DNA of 64,000 nucleotides from Octopus sinensis (GCF_006345805.1 NC_042999.1:68882001-68946000); one strand, 5' to 3'; numbered from the stretch's first letter, positions 13,379-26,896 are shown. A program made the numbers and translations. Notes: generated from the sequence alone by a model not told the origin.

Positions 13379-14128
13379 GAGCACAGAAATAAACAGGGAG
13401 AGAAAATAGAAAAAAGTCTTAGTGGCTAGCGATCTATGTAATAATAATGATGATGATGATGATGATGATAATGATGATGATGATGATGATATCTGGTACT
13501 CCGTGGGTTACGAAGACGAGGATTACAGTTGATCCGATCAACGGAACAGCCTGCTCGTGAAATTAACGTACAAGTCGCTGAGCACTTTACAGACATGCGT
13601 ATCCTTAACATAGTTCTCGGGGATATTGAGCGTGACACAGAATATAACAAAGCTGGACCTTTTGAAATACAGGTAGTGCTCATTTTTGCCAGTCAAGTGA
13701 AATAAAGTGTTTTGCTCAAGGATACAACGCGCCACTGGGAATCGAACTCACGACCTTACGACCGTGAGCTGAATACCACAACCACGCTCTTCGATAGAAA
13801 GGAATAAAACGCCCCGGGATAAGTGAAAATCCGCGAAGTAGAAACAGTAGTGTACTGTATATTTTAAAAAATTATTTTAAAAAGCAACACCACGGAGGAA
13901 TCGACGTAAGCTTAAATAATAAACCGTGGTAGGTGAATCGCGATGTGGCGACGGATTACTGTAAATAGAGTGAGAATAAGACAAACAAAATCATATAGGG
14001 TTCCATATAGGGTTTCAGTTATAATAAAATTGTAGAATTGTAAAACTTGCAAGTAATAAAACGTGAAAATCAGACTAAGTTGGTATTTCATTGATTAGTA
14101 TATTCTTCAGAACACATTCAGACTAGGA

Positions 14129-14189
<61 letters not shown>

Positions 14190-14285
14190 CTCTGTCTGTC
14201 TGTCTGTCGTCTGCCTGTCTGCCTGTTTGTCTGTCTGTCTGTCATCTGTCTGCCTGCCTGTCTGTCTGTCTGTCTGTCTGTCTGC

Positions 14286-14317
<32 letters not shown>

Positions 14318-14980
14318 ATACATACATATATATGGATATATACACACGCACGCGCGCGCACACACACACAAACACACACTCACACAAACACACACACTCA
14401 ACACACGAAGGTCTATTTCTTTTACTACCCACAAGGGGCTAAACACAGAGAGGACAAACAAGGACAGACAAACGGATTAAATCGATTATATCGACCCCAA
14501 TGCGTAACTGGTACTTATTTAATCGACCCCGAAAGGATGAAAGGCAAAGTCGACCTCGGCGGAATTTGAACTCAGAACGTAGCGGCAGAAGAAGTACCGC
14601 TAAGCATTTCGACCAGCGTGCTAACGATTCTGCCAGCTCGCCGCCTTCTTTCAGTTTCCGTCTACCAAATCCACTCACAAGGTATTGGTCGGCCCGAGGC
14701 TATAGTAGAAGACACTTGCCCACGGTGCCACGCAGCGGGACTGTACTCGGAAACATTTGGTTGAAAAGCAAGCTACTAATCACACAGCGACTCCTGCGCC
14801 GATATAACACCACACCTGCGTTTATATGCCACTCCCGCGCCTATATATACATACATAATTACATACATACAGTATATATATATATATATAGATATATATA
14901 TATATATATATATAATATATATATATATATATAATATATATATATCTATATAAATATAATAATATAATATATCTATATAT

Positions 14981-15012
<32 letters not shown>

Positions 15013-15137
15013 AATACATATATATAGATACATATATTATATAATAATAGATATATATATATATATATACACAACAACATATATATATATATATACATAT
15101 ATATATACACATATATATATATACATATATATACATT

Positions 15138-15173
<36 letters not shown>

Positions 15174-15196
15174 AATATATAGATATACATATAATA

Positions 15197-15234
<38 letters not shown>

Positions 15235-15432
15235 CATATATAATATATATATATATATTATATATAATATATATATATTAGTTATCGCCATATACATGGC
15301 AGTCTTATAAATACAAGACTAAAGCTGTCGCTGATTAGCTCCAAGAGGCCACCGCCTCAAGCTAGCTATTTGACACACAATCTGCGTCCATTATAAACCT
15401 TCGAACAGGGGAGGTCAGCCTCTTCATCTTGC

Positions 15433-15485
15433 CAGTCAGACACCTGCAGAGATGTTTCAGGGTATTTGCCCTTTATCAATGCAGC
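15433..15485 (-). ncRNA. Hammerhead-like motif with U3-A8 core
   Basis: Minus strand TTGATAA-AGGG(caaata)CCCT-GAA-ACATCT(ctgc)AGGTGT-C; stems II and III intact, stem I only 2 bp. Confidence 0.55.
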
Positions 15486-15492
15486 GTAGATT

Positions 15493-16245
15493 CTTTGATA
15501 TCAGAGTCCAACATGTACCTCAATACTGCAGAACATTGAGCTGTACATGAAATATCTGTCGTTTCATTCAATTCTATGGCGATGAACGAGGCTTGTGCGA
15601 CTTCTTCTTTAATATCATTTTATACGATGGTGCCTACTGCTTGCTTGAAATCGTTTTGTATCTTATTAGGAAGGCCAGAAAAATAAAACTGATGAATCCT
15701 GTAAATGTTATGCCAATTTGTCATCGAATTTTGCAGTATAGTTTAGTAACTCAACATAGTTCCCGCGATTGAACGATAATTTCTGTTCATTATCTCCGCG
15801 AAAAGCAAGTTCCTGTTTAATCAAGAAATCAAGTAGCAGAAATCAATCTTTTTAATACATCTCGGTTCTCTTTGACCTTTTTATTATGAACTTCAATGTT
15901 GACAGTCTTCTGTTTATCTAAGAACAAGTCGATTCCTGTAGATCCAAATATTTTTCAATGATATTTGGCTTTCATAATGTGCTGCTGATCTTTCGAGTTT
16001 GCTTAAAGCATTGGGCAAATTATTTTACTCATACTGTCCTTCTTTTACGCATACACTTTCACTAGATACAGAAAATAGCAAACATGGGAAACAAAAGAAC
16101 CTTTTTGTTGTAGTACAGCCACATAACCACTCTTTCTTGCTGTACGAAGCAGTTCGAAATGTTCTAATATTTTTTGTTCCTTTCTATTGTTTTAAGTCCT
16201 TAAGTCCTGGCGTTGGTCTAGCATTTTAAAAATAAGTTGTCTCTT
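15493..16245 (-). pseudogene. hAT-superfamily transposase relic (ZMYM1-like)
   Basis: Manual minus-strand translation gives KEWLCGCTTTKRFFCFPCLLF, LSKLERSAAH, KQELAFRGDNE, NRGNYVELL and ETTDISCTAQCSAVLRYMLDSDIKE, broken by stops and frameshifts. Confidence 0.8.
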
Positions 16246-16396
16246 TTTTCTTCGTAAGCTAGTTTTGAAAATTTTCTAAGATAGTCACTATCCATTGCCG
16301 GAAAGGGGATAAGGTGTAAATAAATGGAAATGAGCTAAAACTGAAGAAAACACACGAAAAATAAGCGAAACACGGGCACGTCCCTGATGTGCATGT

Positions 16397-16446
<50 letters not shown>

Positions 16447-16447
16447 C

Positions 16448-16478
<31 letters not shown>

Positions 16479-16527
16479 CATAATATATATACATTATATA
16501 TATATATATGTATATATATATACATAC

Positions 16528-16558
<31 letters not shown>

Positions 16559-16567
16559 CATACATAT

Positions 16568-16666
<99 letters not shown>

Positions 16667-17132
16667 CATATATATATATATATACACATATATATGGAAG
16701 ATATATAAAAATTAAGTATGTGTTCTTGGAATAAGTAAACTACAAAACTTCAAAAATGTATATCTAATGGTGTATATGCATATATATACATGTATATATA
16801 TATGTATATATACCTATATATACACACATATATATACACACATATATATACACACATATATGTATATATATATATGCATATATATGTATATTTACATATA
16901 TATATATGCATATATATATATATATATACATATATGTGTGTATATATATGTGTGTATATATGTGTATATATAGGTATATATACATATATATATACATGTA
17001 TATATATGTATATATATACATTAGATATACATTTTTGAAGTTTTGTAGTTTACTTATTCCAAGAACACATACTTAAATTTTATATATTTACATATATATA
17101 TGTATGTCTACAATTATATTTATATGTATATA

Positions 17133-18388
17133 CGAGGGGCGTTCAATAAGTAATGCCCCTGACCCACTTCCCATAGCAGTAGAGCAACGAAACTTGGCAC
17201 AGTTATTAGTCTTTTTCTACCTAGGAACCCATCGTTTGATGCACTCGGGAGACCGTTTTTGTAGAAGACCCCAGCTTGGTCCTCTAACCACGACATGACT
17301 TCAGAAATCAAGGCTGCATCATCTGGGAAACGCTTTCCTTTCAAAAATAACTTCATGGCTGGGAAGAGGTGAAAATCAGAGGGTGCAAGGTCAGGAGAGT
17401 AGGGGGATAGGGGAGGAGTTCATAGCCATACGCCTGTGCTTCTGATCTGGCGACAAGCGAGTTCTGGACCGGAGCGTTGTCCTGCAGGAGGAGGATGCCT
17501 TTACTGATCTTGCCCCGCCTCTTGATTTTGATAGCTTCTCTTAATTTCCTCAAAAGTGAAGCATAATAGGCTCCTGTAATTGTGGTACCCTTTGCCAGGA
17601 AATCTGTTATCACTACTCCGTCCTTGTCCCGGAAGACTGTGAGCATGACCTTGCCAGCGGAGGGCTGCACCCTTGCCTCCTTTGGAGGAGGTGAGTCACG
17701 GTGCTTCCACTGCATTGACTGGGCTTTGGTCTCTGGATCACAGTGATGGACCTAGGTTTCATCCTGTGTAATCAGTCTTTTGAAAATTTTGACTCATCTT
17801 CTTGGCACATCCTCGAGCACTCGACGCGTTCTTGCTTCTGGAAAGGTGTGAGCAACCTGGGAATCCATCTGGCAGATACCTTTTGCATATGCAAATGGTC
17901 ATGAATGGTAGTTTCCACAGACCGGGTACTAATCTTGACCTCATGGGCTATTTGGCGAATAGTAATGCGTCGATCTTCCAAAATGGCAGCCTCAACTTGA
18001 CGTACAGATGCCTCATCAATGGCAGAAGTGGGGCGACCAGATCTAGGAGCTGTTTCCACAGAGTTCCGACCATGTTTGAATTCACGATTCCAGCGTTTTA
18101 CAAGGTCATATGATGGGGCATCATCACCATAAGTTACTTTCATTTCATCAAAAGTCTCCCGTGGTGTGCGTCCTTTCAAATACAAAAACCGGATCACTGG
18201 TCGACACTCAACTGGCTCTATTTCACACTTGACTCAGTTCAAACACCTGTAATTCAGAAACCACAATTAGTTCAGAGCTGTAATTTGCCACTTAATCTAT
18301 AGAGATATAAATGATTGCACATGCAAAATTCCAGCTAGATCAAACACTTGCAAGTGGGTCAGAGGCATTACTTATTGAACGCCCCTCG
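17133..18388 (-). mobile_element. Full-length mariner (DD34D-type) copy 1, defective
   Basis: TIR CGAGGGGCGTTCAATAAGTAATGCC at both ends, TA flanks; transposase motifs WIPRLL, QDNAP and frameshifted PYSPDLAPSD; 1256 bp. Confidence 0.96.
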
Positions 18389-18895
18389 TATATATATATA
18401 TAAATATGTTTAAAGTGCAATGCGAGGAAAGGTATGACTGCTATTTTTTGCAAACCCAGTACCATACTGTCGTTTCTTTCGTTGGTTCGTCTAAACAAAA
18501 GTGAATATGAATAAAGTGAACGTAGTTTTACGAACATTTGCAAACAAACGAACTGAGTGTCAAACCGGAAGCTATCATGAAATATCGCCGCCATTTTCTT
18601 TCTCTTTTTTTTACTAGTTCATGTACTCGTCTTTAACTTAAGCTATACCTCATAAAAAATCAATATGTTCTTAAGGATCAATTGTATCAATATGACATTG
18701 CTATGGCTCGCTGTGTTTCTGAACAATTAATCTTATTTCTTTTGCTCGTTCTTTTTATATTTGAAGTTAACAACATATATGTAATTACCCGTATGTGTAT
18801 ATAATTGAATGTATACATACATACATACTTATATATATACTCACACATATATATATATACATAATATATATATATATATATATATAGATCTATAT

Positions 18896-18931
<36 letters not shown>

Positions 18932-18932
18932 C

Positions 18933-18964
<32 letters not shown>

Positions 18965-19015
18965 GTAAATATATACATCTACCACGCATATCTGAAAAAA
19001 TGCATATGTATAGAC

Positions 19016-19096
<81 letters not shown>

Positions 19097-19943
19097 TAAA
19101 ATAAATTTATCTCTATGCGTATATGTGTATGAATGAGGACACATATCCAAATGTGAGAGTATATATCTATATATATGGATATGTATATATATATGTATAT
19201 ATACACGCACTCACGCACAAACTCATATATATATACACAAACATATATATATATATATGCATATATATATGTATCTATATATGTTTGTATGTTTATATGC
19301 ATATATATAAATATGTATATACACATACTCACGCATGCATATACATGTACATACGTAAGCATGCATACATACACAATTATATTTTTTGGGTCTTTTCACT
19401 CGGAAGTGCGTTTTATTAGCTCTTTTATACCCGGTGAACACATACCACACACACACACACACATAAATATGTATGTGTGTGTATATATGTATACATATAT
19501 AGTTATATACATGTATATATATATCTGTATATATATTTATACATATATATATGCATATATATTATTTTTCTCTTCTACTTCTTTAAGTTATTACCAATGC
19601 TTGCACTTTTGCTTTCTCGTCTTTTGATGTTTTCCTTTTTAAGCTGATTTTCATTGCTACATTGTTTTTTTCCTTTATATTTGCTTTGCTTCTTTCTCGT
19701 TGGTCAACTTCTATATAATCTAATCTACCACAATCAGATTGATTGCAGTGTTTGTGTGCAGCTGCAACAGGCTATTGTGATATTAAAGCTTTAATACCTC
19801 ATGCCTCAACCTCGTCCTCTCTTTAAACAAAACAGAAGTTACCAGCAGAAATAATCTGAAAAAAATACAAGAAAGTGTTAACATACACACATACAAATAC
19901 ACACATACGAACGCACTCGCACACGCACAAACAGATATATAAA

Positions 19944-20003
<60 letters not shown>

Positions 20004-20107
20004 CACACTCATGCACATGCACACACACGTACATATACACATATATTCACACATATAACACACACCCTTAGTATATGCATATATATATATATATATTATA
20101 TATATAT

Positions 20108-20172
<65 letters not shown>

Positions 20173-20999
20173 AACATACATATACACACGCATGCACAGT
20201 TACACATAGACACACACAACATATATATAGGTATATACATGTATATATGCAAACATATACTCACATAGATATAAATATACACACACATATAAAGAGAAAA
20301 GCGCAAATAAACCTCAAAAGAAATTAATCTACAATGAAAATCTCTCGCCGTTACCTCTGCTTATTCTCATCATAGAACTTGTGATACCATAATTTCGACT
20401 AACCGACAAACGCATCAACCAACCTATGAACCAATCCTTCAGCTTACCCAACCACCCAACCACCAAGCCAACGAACGATCCGTCCAACCAACTACACAAG
20501 GAAGGAAACGCGCAAGTAACCGGCCAACAACCAACCAACCAGACAACCAATCCACTGCCGGCCAAATAACAATAATAATCCTGTTTATTATAGGCACAAG
20601 GTTTGAAATCTTTTAGGGGAGTGTGTGTGTGTGTGTGTGTAGGGGAACTAGTCGATTACATCGACCCCCAACGCTCAACTGCTACTTATTTTATAGACCT
20701 CGAAGGGATGAAAGATAACGTCGACCTCGGTCGAATTTGAACCCAGAACGTAGCAGCATTTTGCCCGATCTGCTAACGATTGTGCCAACTCACCGCTTTC
20801 ATCTCAATAGTAATAATAATTCTTTCTACGATAGACACAAGGCCTGAAATTTAGGTGGGACGGGGACTAGTCGACTTCATCAGCCCCAGTGTTTCACTGG
20901 TACTTAATTTATCAACTCTGAAAGGATGAAAGGGACCAGGAGCTCACTCACCCTGGTAGCACTACCGGTTTCTGAAAGCTAGGACGTGACCATACTGTT

Positions 21000-21747
21000 A
21001 AATGGTATGAATATGAACCTAGTAAAGTATTCGAAAATAAGAAATATAAGATGTTGTGAGAATTTAACCTTCAGACGGACAGGGTAATAGAAACTAGAAG
21101 GCCTGATGTAGTGGTTGTAGACAAAGAGAATAGAAATGGCCAGATAATTAGCTTTACAATCCCAACTGATGAAAAAGTCAATGTGAGAGGGTTAGGGAAA
21201 AATAGCTAAGCGTTATGGCATTTCGCTAGCCGTTACGCTCTGAGTTCAAATTCCGCCGAGGTCGACTTTGCCTGGGGTTGCGCACTGGGGTCGATGTAAT
21301 CGACTTAATCCGTTTGTCTGTCCTTGTTTGTCGTCTCTGTGTTTAGCCCCTTGTGGGCAGTAAAGAAATAGGTATTTTGTCTGCTGTTACGATCTGAGTT
21401 CAAATTCCGCCGAGTTCGACTTTGCCTTTCATCCTTTCGGAGTCGATAAATTAAGTACCAGTTGTGTACTGGGGTCGATCTAATCGACTACCCTCCCACT
21501 CCCCCTAAAATTTCGGACTTTGTGCCTAGAGCAGAAAAGAAAAATAGTAAAGGACCAGACCCTAGCCATTGAGTTACTGAGACTATGGAAAGTGCAGGTA
21601 ATATGTATCTGAGTAGTTATAGGTGCATTGGGAACTATCATTGAAGATTTGAACAGATGGATAGAGGAAATAGGCATAAAACCCAGTTTAGTACAGCTGT
21701 AGAAAACAGTGTTATTAAGGACAGCTAGGACACTTAGAAAAGTTCTT
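21000..21747 (+). pseudogene. R4-clade non-LTR retrotransposon 3' end (restriction-like endonuclease), split by two SINE insertions at ~21212-21540
   Basis: KWYEYEPSKVFENKKYK...RRPDVVVVDKENR...PTDEKVNV, resuming as LAIELLRLWKVQV...VVIGALG...KTVLLRTARTLRKVLGI*. Confidence 0.8.
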
Positions 21748-22393
21748 GGCATCTAAGGTTACTTGCTGTAGCCCAATAGGAGGCATTTCGCCCGTCGTTA
21801 CGTTCTGAGTTCAAATTCCGCCATGGTTGACTTTGTTTTTCATCCTTTCGGAGGTCAAAGAAACAAGTACCAACTGAACACTGGGGTCGCAGTAATTGAC
21901 TAGACCCCATCATCCCAAAATTGCAGGCCTTTAATTCTATAGTAAATAGAATTTGGGCGGTGTGTAAAAGATAAAAGAAGATAAAGAAAGGAGAAACTAT
22001 TATTAAATGCCAATGAGTTGCCAGAATGGTTAAAGCAACGAAAAAATACCTTGCGCCACTAGCGTACCTGCTGTGGTGGTGGTGATGGGGTGGGTGTTGG
22101 CGGTAGGGTCGGCACTTTTGGATCTGCTGTAGGTAATATGTGTTTTTTGTGGGTTCCGGGGACGGCAAACGGAAGGGCCGCCCCGGTCGGCACACACTCA
22201 AGCAACGCTTGTGTCTTGCGATATTTACTTCAGTCCTTTACGTTCGGAGTTCAAATCTCGCCGAGGTCAACAAAATTAATTAGGCACAGTCACCACGCTC
22301 AAAGTCGATATAATCGCCTAACGCCTACCGACCCGCATATTTGTGGCCTTGCGCCACAAATATGCTAGAAATCAATATATGTAATAGCAACAG

Positions 22394-22441
<48 letters not shown>

Positions 22442-22749
22442 CAGCAGTAGTTTTTGTAGAAATAGTGCAAGATCTGGTGGTGCTGGTGCTGGTGCCGGTG
22501 GTAGTGGTAGTGGTGCTGCTGCTACTACTACTACTACTACTATACTACTACTACATATAGGAATAGTAGTGGTGGTGGTGGTGATAATGAAGAGAGTTAT
22601 TAAAATAGCCATTAACGAACAAAAACAAACAAACAAAAGAAACAACGAAACAAGCAACAAAAAGAATAAGAAAAAAACGTCATCAGTAATAAAAACGGAA
22701 ACTAGCAATGAAGTCCACCTACCAGCAACAATAACACCGATTTCGCGAT

Positions 22750-24380
22750 CATCATGATCATCATAATCATCATCATCATTGCCAATATTGCCGCCGCCGA
22801 CGGTGTTATCATCACCATTATCGCCGTCGCCGCCGTCGTCGTCATCATCGTCGTCATCATCATCGTTATCGTCGTCATCATCATCATCATCATCATCATC
22901 ATTACGCACTGCTTCCATCACCGACACCAACACCGTCGCCACCATCTCCATCACCGTCACAGCCACCATAGCCGTGGCCATCACCGCCAACACTGCCACC
23001 AACACCACCACCACCACACCACCACCACCACTACCACCATCACCACCGCCGCCGCCACCACCACCACCACTACCACCACCACCACCACCACAACCACCAC
23101 CACCACAACCACCACCACCACACCACCACCACCACCACCACCACCACCACCATCTCCATCACCATCACTGCAACCATCGCCATGACCATCACCGCCAACA
23201 CTGGCACCACCACGACCACCACGACCACTACTACCGCTACCGCATCCACAGGCACCACTACCACCATCATCACCGCCGCCACCACCACCACCACCACCAC
23301 CACCACCACCATCACCACAACCATCTCCTTCACCATCGCCATGACCATCACCGCCAACACTGGCACCCCCACGACCACCATGGCCACTACTGGTGGTGTT
23401 GGCCTCCACTGCCTCTACCAACACCACCACTACCACCACCATCGCCACCATCTCCATCACCATCACCGCAACCATCGCCATGACCATCACCGCCAACACT
23501 GCCACCAACACCACCATCACCACGACCACTACTACCGCCACTGCATCCACAGCCACCACTACCACCATCACCACCGCCGCCGCCACCACCACCGCCACCA
23601 CCACCACCACAACCACAACCACCACCACCACCACCACCACCACACACCACCACCACCACCACTACCACCACCACCACCACCACCGATCTGTGCTATTCTA
23701 CATTTCCACTGTGGGCTTTACCCGCATCGCGATCATCTGTACATTTACTTTTTTAATTCTTATGTCGTTAAGTAGTGTCCAGAGGAATATTGTTCCCCCA
23801 CCACCACTACCATCCCCAACCTCACTGCCATCACTGTCACCAGCGCCACCACCACCACCCCACCACCACCACCATCTAAACCCTCATTACCACTACAATT
23901 TGTATTACTACCATCATCGACATCATCATCATCATAATCTCAGCCACACCTATACCTATAAAAAGTACCAATCCTTAAACTGCATCTCCTCCCACTTTAA
24001 GTACTGCAAATACCATGGTTACCATCAGGACCATCTTCAATACCACCACCACCACCACCACCACCACCACTGCCATCTCCATCACCACTACTATCAGCAC
24101 CACTAACATCTCCATCACTACCATCACCAACGTCACCATCGTCACCAACACCAATATCACTATGAGCGCAAGTACCGCCACGACCACCATCACCACCGCC
24201 ACCGCCACCACCACCACCACCACTGCCACAGTAACACCACCAACAACACAAGCGCCAACACCCCCAAAAACACCACCACTACAGCAACACCACCGTCACA
24301 GCTACCAGGGCCATCACAACCACCACCGTAACTACCTCCACCACCACCACCACCACCACCACCATCACCACTACTAAAAC
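22750..24380. repeat. Complex (ACC/CAC/ATC)n array with a recurring higher-order block
   Basis: CATCTCCATCACC...ATGACCATCACCGCCAACACTG recurs near 22940, 23150, 23325 and 23450; several frames are open (T-rich, H-rich, P-rich). Confidence 0.85.
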
Positions 24381-24762
24381 TACTACCAGCACATAAGCCA
24401 CCACCATCACAACCACCGTCGTGGGCTGGTTCAGCTTTGCACCGTCGTCAGCCATTTTCTATCAGAACTCAAAAGACCTGGAACAAATGTCGCTAAGTAT
24501 TCTGCTCGATTCTCTCACATTTCTACCTATCCAATGCTCTCGATTGGTACTTATGTTATCAAAACCCGGAACGATAAACAACCAAGCTGGTCTCGATGAG
24601 ATCTGAACTTCAGTTCGCTGCCTTAGCTATGTGATGGTAAACCTGACAGTACAACGCACTGTTGAGTAAGGCCTTTGCTTTCGTAGAAGGCTTTAGATGA
24701 CTTCGATGTTTTTTCCAGCCCTCTAATCCGCCACCCGCATTAGGTCTCTAGCACCATTGCCT

Positions 24763-25106
24763 GGCGCAATGGCCCAGGGGTTAGGTAGCGAATTCGCAGT
24801 CATAGGATCGCGGCTTCGATTCGTAGACCGGGCGTTGTGTTTATTGAGCGAAAACACCTAAATCTCCACGAGGTTCCGGCAGTGGGTGGTGGTGAACCCT
24901 GCTGTACTCTTTCACCACAACTTTCTCTCATTCCTTCTTCATGTTTTTGTTGTACCTGTATTTCAAAGGGCCAGCCTTGTCACACTCTGTGTTAAGGGTA
25001 CACGTGTCTGTGGAATGCTCAGCCACTTGCACGTTAATTTCACGAGCAGCCTGTTCCATTGATCGGATCAACTGGAACCCTCGTCGCCGTAACCGACGGA
25101 GTGCCA
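24763..25106 (+). mobile_element. tRNA-derived SINE, family C (relatives ~13493-13785 -, ~37853-38050 +, ~43981-44340 -, ~61845-62170 -)
   Basis: A-box-like TGGCCCAG(T/G)GG and B-box-like TTCGATTC; shared body TTTATTGAGCGAAAACACCTAAA and tail CACGTTAATTTCACGAGCAG...GATCGGATCAACTGGAACC. Confidence 0.8.
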
Positions 25107-25699
25107 CGACGATGAAAAATCTTACCAAGTTTAACTTTCATCTTTCTGAGTTCAATAAAATAAATTACCAGTCAAGTCCTGGGATCGATGGAAGTGAAAA
25201 AATCCCTCTCCTTAAAATTACTGACACTGGATCGGCGAAATGGCAGAATCATTAAGGTATCGAAAAATGCACCCTAGGGTGTTTCTTCCGGCATCTTACA
25301 GTCTATTGATGACTTCACCTTTTATCATAAATGTAAGTACTACTCAAGTATCGAGGGCAATAGTAACGATTAACCCTCCCTGATAATTGCTGGCCTTGAG
25401 CCTAAATCAGGAAAGGTAAAAGTTGTAATATATATGTTGTTTGTGCGTATGTATGAGAGAGAGAGAGGGGGAGGAGAGAGACAGAGAGAAAGAATGACAT
25501 TATATGTGCGTGGGGATGACATGTTCTTTTCTCTCCTTTATTTTTCTCTCTCTCCATTTATCCTTTCTGTAGCAGAGCGCACGCTTAAAACATTAAAGAT
25601 TTCTTCCAATTTTCTGAGCGGCAACAGATGTACCTTGCTTGTTTTATTATTTTTATTACCTCGTCTTCGTGTTGTTATTTTAATTTTTGTACCGTGTGA

Positions 25700-25740
<41 letters not shown>

Positions 25741-25902
25741 AAATTTAGAAGACTGACCACTAAAGTGGACAGCCTATATGCTAAACATAGACGTCAAATC
25801 GCCATTACCACGAAGAATATGTTCTCAAGAAAAATCTCAGCAAAAATCCAAAATGTAAAAATAAGCAAGACAAATGAAAATATGCGAAATAAAAAAGATT
25901 GC

Positions 25903-25976
25903 CTATGTACCATTAGTTTCACTTCTTAATATTTACGTATATAAATACGCAAATATCTGCAAGATCGTCAGCATAG
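25903..25976 (-). ncRNA. Type I hammerhead ribozyme (predicted) with extended stem II
   Basis: Minus strand CTATG-CTGACGA-T.CTT...ATATTTGCGTAT(tta)TATACGTAAATAT...AAG.T-GAAAC-TAATG-GTA-CATAG; 5-bp stem I; predicted cleavage between 25908 and 25907. Confidence 0.8.
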
Positions 25977-26515
25977 TCTGTCGTTTACAAAACATAATTT
26001 CCAGAACTAGATACAGAACGCTCAACCGAAATCCATCATGTATAAAGTTCTATAAATTATATTTAGGTGTATCCTTCAAATGCCTTCACTTTGGCGCGCT
26101 GAGATCGGAAATTACTCTGCAGTTAATAAATTCCAGCAGTCAATTTACCGGTTAGAGAACATTTTTTATTTAAAATTAAATAATAAGGGTAGAAATTGAT
26201 ATTAATCAATTAAAACCAGTGGCTTAGCATATTTAAAGAAATCCGAAGATTATCTATCTATCTATTTATTTCGTATATTTTCTTTTGTCTTGCTTATTTT
26301 TACATTTTGTTTTTTTTTTGCTGAGATTTTTTTTGAGAACATATTCTTTGTGGTAATGGCGATTTGACGTCTATGTTTAGCATATAGGCTGTCTACTTTA
26401 GTGGTCGGTCCTCTATTTTGTATGTAACACAATTTTTAATCTTCGAATTTTTAAAAATATACTAAGCCACTGGTTTTAATTGATTAATATCAATTTCTAA
26501 CCTTATTATTTAATT

Positions 26516-26556
<41 letters not shown>

Positions 26557-26896
26557 ATTAAATGAGGCAGCAGTTTAGCAATGTAACACCAAAAAGGTAA
26601 ATTATAATAAGCATTAAAAATGAGAGAGAGTGTTTGAAACAACTACGATGCTAGAAATAAGAGCTAAAGTGCTCTGATGCTGCAGTCAACGCACATAACT
26701 GTATACATACATACTGACACCGACGACAAACGGCCGAAATCGGCAGTCGTGATATCTCTATGCAGTCGACGGTTTCGGCTTTAAGACCGAACGGAGGTCT
26801 GGCGACCCACGTTTTGTATTCAGCGATCGAAAGGATGAATAGTATAACCCGTACTATGAATCCTGACTGTTTGAGTTTGTTGTCCAATCACGTTCT

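Noticed and set aside
14079-14113. Possible decayed HHR, minus strand: GTT-CTGAAGA-...-GAAATACC-AAC
   Set aside because: U16.1 is missing and stem II pairs poorly; could be a relic but not supportable alone.
16342-16385. CTGAAGA...GAAAC...GTC in the correct order
   Set aside because: Neither stem I nor stem II pairs.
24763-24835. tRNA-like heads here and at other SINE starts
   Set aside because: They are SINE heads with A/B boxes; no complete cloverleaf, so not called as tRNA genes.
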